Shown in pieces: positions 43,803 through 56,035 of a stretch of 64,000 bases of DNA (positions are counted from its first letter, which is position 1; every line of letters begins with the position of its first letter). The position numbers and the translations under genes were made by a program. Location: contig OX597826.1 in NCBI GenBank assembly GCA_951406725.2, forward strand, positions 75,578,001-75,642,000. Reading direction: 5' to 3'. The DNA comes from Octopus vulgaris. Lineage: Eukaryota. The notes below the pieces were generated by a model. It saw nothing but the letters and a program-made list of their open reading frames with translations, ran no database searches and was not told the DNA's origin.

Positions 43803-44070
43803 GTATATACACGTATATAATGTATGTATGTATGTATGTATGTATGTGTGTATGTATGTATGTGTGTATGTATGTATGTATGTATGTATGTATGTATGTA
43901 TGTATGTATGTATGTATGTATGTATGGTGGTGGTTGTCTACTCCTTATACAGAGTTTGACTGCCTCTTTTACTTTCATCTGATGAAGCTTTTTTAAACCA
44001 GACAATGTTTTTGAAAATACATCCGCATAAATTGCATATCTTCTAGAACATTCACTTTTTGCACACTTAC

Positions 44071-44174
44071 TTGTCTGAACATATCCCGAATATTAAGTTT
44101 CCAATAAGATATCCTCCGAACATTACAGACACTGCAAAGTTTTTCAACCATTCTTTTTCACAAACCAAACCAAA
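44071..44174 (-). CDS. SLC22 transporter exon 3 (104 nt)
   Basis: ccttctcag|TTT GGT..GAC AA|gtaagt; [35 protein letters not shown]. Absent from the ORF track. Confidence 0.95.
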
Positions 44175-44549
44175 CTGAGAAGGAGAAAAATAATAACATT
44201 TTGAATAAAGTTGCTTTACGAATATTTAAAAAGTTATATATATATATATACCAGTTATAATAGCTCACACGCATGCGCAGATATGAATGTATTCATATAG
44301 ACATAGTTTACTATTGTGATATGGTAAGATCAACAACAAAGTACATCATCCGGGGGGAGAGGTAGATATCATTCCATGTACACAGTATAAAGATATGAGC
44401 TGCTAACAGTTTCTTGCCTTGGAGACACGGGCCTTGGTAGGATTTTGTAACGTGTCTCCAAAGCAACAAACTATTATTAGCTCGTATCTTTATACCGTGT
44501 ACATGAAATTATATGTACATGTGAGTGTGTGTGTGTGTATGTGTATGTA

Positions 44550-44613
<64 letters not shown>

Positions 44614-44680
44614 ATTATGCATATATGTGCATACATCTATGAAAAAAAAATATATATGCGTTTATTCCTGCGCATATAGA

Positions 44681-44725
<45 letters not shown>

Positions 44726-46059
44726 ATGCTTATACATACATATAAGTGTGTTTGTGTGACATGTGCAAAGATTTATCAACCCATTGGTTTTCAGTTTTAT
44801 TTTGTTTCGTATTTTCTAATGACATATATTCCCTCTGCTTTGCAAATTCATAAATGATTTTAATTGTTTGATGATTAATTGTCACTTTGATTTAATGAAA
44901 AAAAAAAACCATGAAAATCATTGAGAAAAAAAAAAGATATCGACGAATTTAGAGGTGATTATGTTAACTGCTATTATCGACATGGGAATATTTCAACTTT
45001 TCGGTATTCATTATCGAAAAGGGAATAAAATAACCAAAAGGTGGGTGAAAGAAGTGGAAACCTGCAAAACTGCAGGAAGTTTCTGAGAGCCAAAAGTGGA
45101 ACTTATTAAAAATCTACATACAGTCGTGAGGGATATTTCAAATATTCAGAATATATCACTGTATCGCAAAATAAAATTATTGAAAGAACTTGCATATGAA
45201 CGAGGTCTTCAAGAAAGAAGCCGAGGCTTCCAAACGCTTATAAACTCATCGACTTTCAACCTATTTGTGCCGAATTTTTCCTAGTGAATGAAATTACGCG
45301 TCCAGCGTGTACTCGTCACGTTGCACAACTGTGGTTGTTACAAGTTATGGATCAAGCGTTTGTTCAAATAGACTGCATACGCGTTAAGAACATGTTTCAT
45401 TCTTTGATACAAACCATGCACAAATCACAATTTGTATCAAATATTTGTTTTATACCCTGATAAATTGTTAGTTTAAACGGACGATCGGCATGAATGGGTT
45501 GACCATTCATGGGCTAAAAAAATTTGCAACAACGAAGCTAAGTTATGTTCATCAATAACCTTTTTTATTATACACCCAAGACTTGGAAATTGGTTGGAAG
45601 TGACAAATTGATTACATCGACCCCAGTGTTCAACTGGTACTTATTTCATCGACCCTGAAAGAATGAACAGCAAAATTGACCTCGGTGGAATTTGAACTCA
45701 GAACGAGGGACTGATGAAATGCCGCAAAATCACTTTGACCAGTGTGCTAACGATCGTGCCAGCTCACCACTTTATGGTCATCAGTTATAGGGTCTGACGA
45801 AAGAAGATTCTCTCAATTTTCCAATTCTAGGACACCAAACTCAAGACTATTGCTATTCATTTTGTCTATGATACCCTTTGCCAATCATACCCTTTGCCAA
45901 TCATACATTTTGCCTATCACAGCTGACCAAGAGTCAGGATCGGGACATAACTGGGAATCAAAGTTACCAAACAGGAAGACCTTGCCATTACAAGGGTCTT
46001 TTTGAGACAATAGAACGTAAACTACCACAGAAAGCTTTCTTTTCGTGTTCGCCAAATAA

Positions 46060-46640
46060 AGCCTAGCTCTACCACCCAAACTTTCACCTGTCTACACCCA
46101 ACCGCATCCACGTTTCTCTTGTTTTCCACCGCTCTGTAAGATTCTAACCGCCTTCAACCTCCTACCACCAATGCGATCCAACCCCCCTTTCCTTTTTCCT
46201 AATTCACACCTCTCCTCGTCGAAGTTTGCCAATATATCCTACACGACTTAATGGTAGTAAGCTTCTTCCCCTTCTGCCTCTCCCGGATCTTCCCTTTGTT
46301 TTCAGCCCTGTTATCTCACTTGTCTGCTCCTCACCAACAATATATTCCTTTCAAGACCCACTCCCACTACACCTTCTACGTGTTTTAGACATTCTCCTGC
46401 ACTTCTGGTGGCGTCATCTACTGTTTAAAATGCTCTCTGCGACGCATTTTACATTGGTCAAACCGGCCACCATTTATACTGTCGATTCATGAAACCAATT
46501 CGCGATATTAGGCTCGGAAACTAAACTTTTGTCACATGTGATCGTATGTGTGTCTGTGTGAATGTCTGTCGGTGTGTGTGTGAATGTGTGCATGTCTGTC
46601 TTCGTGTGCGTGTATGTGCATGCATGCATATAGCTCAGTA
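46060..46640 (+). mobile_element. Degenerate PLE GIY-YIG fragment
   Basis: C-rich sequence resembling the 5-7.6 kb PLE; TACATTGGTCAAACCGGC (YIGQTG) at ~46450. Confidence 0.6.
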
Positions 46641-47799
46641 TACAAAATAACTGATCTTCTTAAAGCAATAACAAATCTCTGAGCGAAGTATAAACAGTAG
46701 CTGACGACATTTAAGTGGTAAATATACTTCACGATGCTGTTCTTAAAGCTTTTTTAATAACATCTTAATCCTTAATGTCCAACTATCATTTTTCAACCAT
46801 TCATATTTGTTGCACACCAAGGAAAACAATTGAAGCGAACTAATAAATAAATTTAGATAATTCATGCAAATAGGGATGTGCTGAATGACGTGCGCTAAAA
46901 AATCTCAGTAAATTGAAATTTTTCCCCTTAGTTGAAGATTGAAAATGGAAACATAATCATGGTAATCTTTATGACTTTCAAAGAAAAGCACAATGTTTTA
47001 AAAATGATAATAATCACATAGAACATTTATGTTTCATCTTTGGGAAATATAAACTGATTTTTGTTTGCTGCTTAGACCATAGTAATGTCAAAGGCATGTT
47101 TCAGTCTCTTTAGCACTCATCAGCAATGCATTTTCTCCTCAGGCATGCTGAAGTAGTGGACATAGATGTTTCACATGTAGAAAACATAACAAACGCTTGG
47201 TCTGATGGGAAAAAGTGAGCTAAATTAATTAATTTGATACCCCCTTGATTTTTTTCCTTTTGTTAACTTATAACATTAAAACATTCATATCGTCTGTAAC
47301 CTTATTCACATCGTTCCATTAAGCTTAATTATTTTCGTTGATGAACTTAGTCTAGAAACTTTACACTTATCTCCTTCTCACAGCACGCATAAATACTGGC
47401 TTCATATTTTGGCACAAGGCCTGAAATTTCAGGGAGAGGTTGGCTTGACGATTACATCGACCCCAGTTCTCAACTGGTACTTACTTTATCGATCCCGAAA
47501 AGATGAAAGATAAAGTCTATCGTGACAGCATTTCATCTCAGATCGTAAAGCCGGAAGAAATGTTGCAAATCATTTTGTCCGTTGCTGTAACGATTCTACT
47601 AGCTCGTTGTCTTGCAGCACGTATGAATATTAAAATTTATAAACTTTAAACTGATTTTGTGTGAATCAGAAATCGGATGTTTATCGATTGTAGCAACAGA
47701 AATAACCGGATACTCAGGTCGCAGCTTTATTAGATTTAACATAATTTATATTTATATCAGAAACAAATATTTTTAAACAACGAAGTTAGAACTACTTAC

Positions 47800-48173
47800 C
47801 TCAGATACAATAGATGTCAAATCTTTAGTGTAAAACTTTTGACCGTTATTACACGGTTCCTTTGTAGAATTACTGTTTGGAAGAATATAAAATCCCTCTT
47901 CAATGTCAAGGGTATACACAGAGCATTTCTCCTCTTTGACGGTTACGTCATTTAAGAATACATCCAAGGAGATATTTGGTGGAATCATGGATTCGTTGAA
48001 ATTCGAAGGATAACAAGCAAAAGGAACCTTCTCTCGTATAAACACCATCGTTAAAGTTGATAGGGCGTGAAATACTACATATATCAAAATAAAAACAGTG
48101 AGTAACTTTTGAAATAGACCATATCCGCCGCATTTCCGTAATATTTCCTCCGTAATTTCAGATGTAGATAAAT
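47800..48173 (-). CDS. SLC22 transporter exon 2 (374 nt; TM1 + extracellular loop)
   Basis: caattttag|AT TTA..TCT GAG|gtaagt; EEILRKCGGYGLFQK..FACYP..EKCSVY..EPCNNGQKFY..SIVSE; several N-x-S/T sequons. Confidence 0.93.
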
Positions 48174-48660
48174 CTAAAATTGAAAACAAAGCAAACATTA
48201 TTTCGTTAATAAAATAACTAACAATCCTTCGTGGGGTACCTAAAATAAGGACGGGTTGAACAGTAGAGCACATGGAATCGACTTACGACTTTTACTTTCA
48301 TCCTTCTTTTACTTTCATTCTTTGTAAGCCTAGTACTTATTCTATCGATCTTTATAGCCGAATCGCTAAGTTACGGGGACGTAAACACACCAACATCGGT
48401 TGTCAAACAATTGTCGGAGGACAAACACAGACACATTATAATTTACAAATAAATTTTTCAAAACCTTTATAATTCGATGCATTTCGACCAGTAAAAAAAA
48501 TCAGACATTTGGGGAAGGAGATATATGAACTATGGAATTTAGACCGGAGTAAAATTGGTTCTTGGAACTTAATTCAACAAAACTTAGAAGAACGGAGAAC
48601 AAGTTCCACTCCGGTAGGTGTAAATGCTGTGCATTAACTGACGTAATACAATAGCGTAGG

Positions 48661-49043
48661 GTGGAGGCGCAATGGCCCAGTGGTTAGGGCAGCGGACTCG
48701 CGGTCATAGGATCGCGGTTTCGATTCCCAGACCGGGCGTTGTGAGTGTTTATTGAGCGAAAACACATAAAGCTCCACGAGGCTCCGACAGGGGATGGTGG
48801 TGATCCCTGCTGTACTCTTTCACCACAACTTTCTCTCACTCTTACTTCCTGTTTCTGTTGTACCTGTATTTCAAAGGGCCGGCCTTGTCACTCTCTGTGT
48901 CACGCTGAATATCCCCGAGAACTACGTTAAGGGTACACGTGTCTGTGGAGTGCTCAGCCACTTACACGTTAATTTCACGAGCAGGCTGTTCCGTTGATCG
49001 GATCAACCGGAACCCTCGTCGTCGTAACCGACGGAGTGCTCCC
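48661..49043 (+). mobile_element. SINE family A, full length, 13-bp TSD
   Basis: TSD ACAATAGCGTAGG at 48648-48660 and 49044-49056. Confidence 0.92.
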
Positions 49044-49334
49044 ACAATAGCGTAGGAGTTCCTCGGGGATTTTAGAGATTCTGTATAATAGTGCCTACAA
49101 AATCAAATAACAATATAATGTAAGCTACCTAATGTCGCTGAGAATTACATGACAAAGCTGACTAACTCTCAATGAAATACAAAGTTTTTGTTGTGTCATA
49201 AAGGTCAGACATGAAATGAAAATCGCAAGACCCTACAAACTGTGTCCGAGCGAGTGCTTTGTACTTGTTATAGATTATGCTATTGATACGGTTTCGTAGG
49301 TGTGAGTACCACAGTATGTCAGTAATGAATATAC

Positions 49335-50250
49335 TTTTCTACTATAGACACAAGACCTGAAATTTGGAGGAAAGGAGCTAATTAATTGCTCAACTGGTAC
49401 TTATTTCATCGACCCCAGTATTCAACTGGTATTTATCTCGTCAACCCCCAGTACTCAACAGGTATTATATCATCGACTCCAGTTCTCAACAGAGAAGGGA
49501 TGAGAGAAAAAGTCGACCTCGGTAGAATTTCAACTCAGAACGTAAGTACTGATGAAATAATTTTTTCTACTCTAGGTACAAAGCCCGAAATTTTGGGGGA
49601 GGGAGCCAGTCGATTAGATCGATACCAGTACGCAACTGGTACTTAATCTATCGACCCCGAAAGGATGAAAGGCAAAGTCGACCTCGGCGGGATTTGATCT
49701 CAGAACGTAAAGACAGACGAAATACTTATTTCTTTATCGCCCACAAGAGGCTAAACACAGAGAGGACAAACAAGGACAGACAAACGGATTAAGTCGATTA
49801 TATCGACCCCAGTGCGTAACTTGTACTTATTTAATCGACCCCGAAAGGATGAAAGGCAAAGTCGACCTCGGCGGAATTTGAACTCAGAACGTAGCGGCAG
49901 ACGAAATACCTATTTCTTTACTAGCCACAAGGGGCTAAACACAGAGGGAACGAACAAGGACAGAAAAACGGATTAAGTCGATTACATCGACCCCAGAGTT
50001 CAACTGGTACTTAATTTATCGACCCCGAAAGGATGAAAGGCAAAGTCGACCTCGGCGGAATTTGAACTCAGAACGTAACGGCAGACAAAATACGGCAACG
50101 CATTTCGCCCGGCGTGCTAATGTTTCTGCCAGCTCGCCACCGCTAAGCACTTCTCCGGCGTGCTAGCGTTTCTACCAGCTCGCCACCTGAAACGGATGAA
50201 ATACTGCTAAGCATTTCGCCCGGCGTGCTAACGTTTCTGCCAGCTCACCG
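49335..50250 (-). mobile_element. Tandem cluster of family C SINE units
   Basis: The core CGACCCCGAAAGGATGAAAGGCAAAGTCGACCTCGGCGG recurs at ~49652, 49836 and 50020, with a degenerate unit near 49500 and a triplicated head at 50100-50250. Confidence 0.85.
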
Positions 50251-50668
50251 ACTTGTCAGTAGTTAATATCGGAGTGAAAACTCTTACACGAAGCAGTTGT
50301 TTTACTTTTACCAATTTTTGTTTTCTTCGTTGATTTATGATTCCGTTTGAGAATGCAACCAAAAGAGTTAAGAACACTGCTGGAAATCTTTTAACTTTCA
50401 TTTCTATCAGTACTTACACTGTGGCCAAGCTGCAGCACTACCTTCAAGTGTGTAGTCGAATTAATAGACTAGTGTATTTTTTTTCTTAAATCTGCTAGAT
50501 ATTGTATAATAGCTATATTACGGGGACGTAAATAAACCAACACGTGTTGCCAAGCAATAACGGAAAAAACAAAAACAAGGATACAGACACACACACACAC
50601 AAATATATACATATACACACATACACACGCATACACACACACATACACACACACATACACACACACAC

Positions 50669-50703
<35 letters not shown>

Positions 50704-50977
50704 TGTGTGTATGTATGTATGTATGTATGTATGTATGTACGTATGTATGTATGTATGTATGTATGTATGTATGTATGTACGTATGTATGTATACATATCC
50801 AAATTGAGGGTGTGGAACAGGTAAAATTCAGGCTACCTATGTTTCCTAGTTGGCAGATCCTCTGATCTAATAATTACTCAACATAGGGTACTCAGCTAGT
50901 TATTCATCAGACCGGAGATATCCTGCTCGAAGCCTATATACTTCCTACACTTAGATCCTCGGATCTTACGATTACTA

Positions 50978-51028
<51 letters not shown>

Positions 51029-51147
51029 CCTAGTACTTATTGTATCGATCTTTATGCCGAATCGCTAAGTTACGGGGACGTAAACACACCAACATCGGTT
51101 GTCAAGCAATGGTCGGTGGAGAAACACAGACACATATATACCTGCAT

Positions 51148-51183
<36 letters not shown>

Positions 51184-51212
51184 GTGCATATCTATCTATC
51201 TACCTATCTATA

Positions 51213-51285
<73 letters not shown>

Positions 51286-51495
51286 TTTTACTTGTTTCAG
51301 TTATTTGACTGCGGCCATGCTGGAGCATCGCCTTTTAAGTTAAACAAGTTGACCCCGTGACTTATTCTTTGTAAGCCTAGTACTTATTCTATCGATCTTT
51401 ATTGCCGAATCGCTAAGTTACGGGGACGTAAACACACCAACATCGGTTGTCAAGCAATGGTCGGAGGACAAACACAGACACACGTATACATGCAT

Positions 51496-51527
<32 letters not shown>

Positions 51528-51718
51528 GTGCATATATGTATGTAGATATATATACACGACGGGCTTCTTTCAGTTTCCGTCTACCAAATCCCCTCACAAA
51601 GCTTTGGTTGGCCCTAGGCTATAGTAAAAGACACTTGCCAGGATGCCACGCAGTGGGATTGAACCCGGAACCATGTGACTGGGAAGCTAGCTTCTTATCA
51701 CACAGCCACCCCTGCGCC

Positions 51719-51846
<128 letters not shown>

Positions 51847-51859
51847 CATATATATATAC

Positions 51860-51945
<86 letters not shown>

Positions 51946-52335
51946 AAACGGGGGGGGGGGGTGCACGTAATATATATATATATATAAACCAGCTTAGAGA
52001 AGAAGAAACGAAACGAAACCAAACGAATCGAAAAATATATATATATATATACATATTCTCTTTTCTCTTTTACTTGTTTCAGTCATTTGACTGCAGCCAT
52101 GCTGGAGCACTGCCTTTAATCGAGCAACTCGACCCCGGGACTTATTCTTTGTAAGCCCAGTACTTATTCTATCGGTCTCTTTTCCCGAACTGCTAAGTGA
52201 CGGGGGACATAAACACACCAGCATCGGTTGTCAAGCAATACTAGGGGGACAAACACAGACACACACACAAATATATACGACGGGCTTCTTTTCAGTTTCC
52301 GTCTACCAAATCCACTCACAAAGCTTTGGTCGGCC

Positions 52336-52366
<31 letters not shown>

Positions 52367-52861
52367 CATATGTGTGTGTGCATGTGTGTGCGTGTGTATG
52401 TGTGTGTGTACATACACAACGGGTTTCACATAATTTCTGCTGACCAAATTCCCTCAAAAGTCATCGGTCGGCCTGGGGTTATAGCATGAATCATTTACTC
52501 AAGGCGTTGCTACTTATTATTTATTTTTTTATCTTTAATCTTTATACATTCCAGTGAAGTGAATATGTTGTCGCTAAACCGATAATATCATTATTCTTTA
52601 CAACTGAGAATCTGACACGCCAAACAAAGGCTGAGAATAAACTGGTTTTTGGTTTTGGTTTTTTTTTAGTTCTTTCCTTTTGTTTATAGATTGTATCAGT
52701 TATTGCGTTGCAGTTTCGGGTGGAATCGAGAAAAGCTTAGTCAGTTAGGCCGACTCCGGTTTTAATTTTCTGTAAGTCTGAGTTTCGGTGACATAAACAA
52801 ATCAGCCAAACACAAACACACACACACACACGCACGTGAGCAGACACACACACAAACACAT

Positions 52862-52906
<45 letters not shown>

Positions 52907-52989
52907 CACATACACACACACACACACATATATATATACACATACACACACACATATATATACACATACACACACACACACAAACACAC

Positions 52990-53090
<101 letters not shown>

Positions 53091-53098
53091 TATTTTTT

Positions 53099-53410
53099 TC
53101 TCGCCCTTTTCAAGCCTAGCCAGGTTCATGGGTCCGGTTTCCCGGTTTCTGTGGGGCCTATATGCTCCCCCCATCCAGCTAGACGGGACGCCAGTCCATC
53201 GCAGCATTACTCAAGAAACAGGAAGGGAGAGAGTGAGAGAAAGTTGTGGCGAAAGAGTACAACAGGGGTCGCCACCAACCCCTGCAGGAGCCTCGTGGAG
53301 CTTTAGGTGTTTTCGCTCAATAAACACACACAACGCCCGATCTGGGAATCGAAACCGCGATCCTCCAACCGCGAGTCCGCTGCCCTAACCACTGGGCCAT
53401 TGCGCCTCCA
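53099..53410 (-). mobile_element. SINE family A, tail 2, inside (CA)n
   Basis: Same head as 48661; tail matches 61539-61841. Confidence 0.88.
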
Positions 53411-53525
53411 CACACACACACACACACACACATACACAAACACACACATACACACACATACACACACACACACGCACACACATACACACACATACACACA
53501 CACATACACACACACACACACATAC

Positions 53526-53559
<34 letters not shown>

Positions 53560-53629
53560 GCACAAACACACACACAAACACACACACACACGCACACACA
53601 TACACACATACACATACACACACGCACAT

Positions 53630-53723
<94 letters not shown>

Positions 53724-54100
53724 CTCAGAGGCGTGCTAGGGGTGCGCTGCGCACCCATAGGAAATGGCAAACTAATTATAAACATAAACCTTACTCGTAA
53801 ATTTAGTCACGAATCTGAATGAACATCTCCTGCTACAGCCCTGCTTAAAATTTGGTGGCATTGGGTGTGACAGCACACCCAGTGCACCCAACCACCATAC
53901 ACCACTGATATATATATATATAGGTATAGGCGCAGGAGTGGCTGTGTGGTAAGTAACTTACTTACCAACCACATGGTTCCGGGTTCAGTCCCATTACGTG
54001 GCACCTTGGCCACGTGCCTTCTACTATAGCCTTGAGCCAACCAAAGCTTTTTGAGTGGATTTGGTAGACGGAAACTGAAAGCCCGTCGTATATATGTATA

Positions 54101-54146
<46 letters not shown>

Positions 54147-54453
54147 TGTGTGTATGTGTGTGTGTGTGAGTGTGTGTGTATGTTTGTGTGTCTGTTTGTC
54201 CCCAACATCGCTTGACAACCGATGTTAGTGTGTTTACGTCCCTGTAACGTAGCGGTTCGGCTAAAGCGTCCGATAGAATAAGTACTAGGCTTACAAAGAA
54301 TAAGTCCTAAGGTCGATTTGTTCGACTAAAGGCAGTGCTCCAGCATGGACGCAGTCAAATGACTGAAAGGAATAAAAGAATATATATATATATATGTGTG
54401 TTTGTATGTGTGTGTGTGTGTGTGTGTGTGTGAATGTGCATGAATATGTGAGT

Positions 54454-54531
<78 letters not shown>

Positions 54532-54804
54532 AATCAAAATCGAAACATGCATGATATGTGTGTTGTTAGTTCGTGAGTAGGCTGCAGTTTTTAGGTGTAA
54601 GAGAATATCTCTTGTACCTAAAAACAGCAACGCCTTCTCTTTTTCTGTCGAGGGCTTATTTGCCCCTTTATTAGACTATTTTTCCTTAATTATTGCGCGA
54701 TGATCGCCATAAGCTTTGAGCTTATATAAAAAAAAATACCATTTATTATTAAACAATAATAAATCTCTGAGCGAAATATAAACAGTAGCTGCACGGCATC
54801 GTGC

Positions 54805-54959
54805 AGTATATTTGCATTTAAATGTGGATAACTCTTAAGGGTTGATACTACTGTAGCTTGTAGCCCCACGAAGACAGCTGGAGGAGATGTCTTCCTGGGG
54901 CTACAAGCTACAGTAGCATCAAGCCTTAATGGTTAGCCACATTTAAATGCAAATATACT
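54805..54959. repeat. ~155-nt near-perfect hairpin in intron 1
   Basis: AGTATATTTGCATTTAAATGTGG..GTAGCTTGTAGCCCC..GAAGACA and its reverse complement; ~70-bp arms. Confidence 0.88.
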
Positions 54960-55496
54960 TCATTATTATTATTTACAGGATTGTAAAAACAGCGCCGTAT
55001 AAAGAAGAAAACAGCATTCGCACCGAACACATATTTGTTTATATATATATCGGGCTTCCATACACATTCCGCTCCTCGCAAGGCCTCGATTAGTCCAGGG
55101 CTGTAGTTGGAAAAAAAAACTTGCTCAAAGTGCCGTACAGCGGGATTAAATCCGACACCACGTGTTCGCGAACCAAACTGCTGACCACACAGAGCCACGT
55201 CTCCGCTTACTGTTTATGCGGTTCGAAGCGCTTGTAGAAAGAAATTCAGCGGGTTGAAACGTTGAAGTTATATTATTAACAATAAAAGTTAAACACAATC
55301 GGCCTGCGTAGCACGTTACACACATCGTATACATTATCGTTTAACATCATCGAGTCGTTTAATGCTGTGAGATAAAATTAAGATGCACTTACACAAACGT
55401 ATTCAAACTTTGAGAAGCAATAAGAATAAAATAAAAAAAAGGGAAAGAAAGAAAAAAGAACACCATGAAACTAAAGATTAACAAAAATACGCATAC

Positions 55497-55560
55497 CTTT
55501 AAATTCAGCAGCTGCAAATTTCTCGCTTAACTCATTCAAATCAAGTGGCTTCTTCTCCAT
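55497..55560 (-). CDS. SLC22 transporter exon 1 (start; 64 coding nt)
   Basis: gaaacATGG context; MEKKPLDLNELSEKFAAAEFK+G|gtatgc. Phase 1 completes GAT with exon 2; in-frame TGA upstream. Confidence 0.72.
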
Positions 55561-55613
55561 GTTTCTAAGTAACAGATAGTAGTTCTCCTGTCTTAACTTT
55601 ACTGTACAACGTC

Positions 55614-55655
55614 ACTGAGAGATATGTTCTTGAAAGCTGCTTGTAGCAAATTATA
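55614..55655 (-). promoter_or_regulatory. Possible core promoter (TATAAT ... TCAGT initiator)
   Basis: TCAGT at 55618-55614 with TATAAT ~39 nt upstream. The spacing is imperfect, and the TCTCAG could instead be a splice acceptor. Confidence 0.2.
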
Positions 55656-55702
55656 GCATTTCACAAGATATAAAATTACAATACATACACACATACATAC
55701 AC

Positions 55703-55733
<31 letters not shown>

Positions 55734-56035
55734 TATATACATACACATACATTCATACATACACATATATGCATGTATGTGTATGTATGTGTATGTATAT
55801 GTTTGTATATATATATATATTTCTTTTATCTTTTACTTGTTTCAGTCCTTGAACTGCGCCCATGCTGGGGTACCGCCTTGAAGGGTTTCATTCGGACAAG
55901 TCGCTTCCAGAAAATATGGAGTTTTGGGGCTGTGAGTTTTTTTTTTTTTTTTTTCAAGTTTTCTACTTATTCTAGAGGTAAATTTTGTACATTTTACGCC
56001 AAATTATAAGATAGCTAAAAATAGTAGGCAATCCC

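Noticed and set aside
48174-48273. Start codon within the 47773-48273 ORF
   Set aside because: This N-terminal extension runs through a polypyrimidine acceptor and repeat-derived sequence. A phase-compatible upstream exon at 55497-55560 explains the start better.
48661-48740. tRNA gene (also at 41220, 63213 and others)
   Set aside because: A and B boxes are present, but there is no complete cloverleaf and the sequence continues into a multi-copy SINE body.
54835-54929. TTAA-flanked Kolobok/piggyBac MITE or pre-miRNA
   Set aside because: The inverted arms extend ~30 bp beyond both TTAA sites, so these are not TSDs. There is no evidence for miRNA processing.
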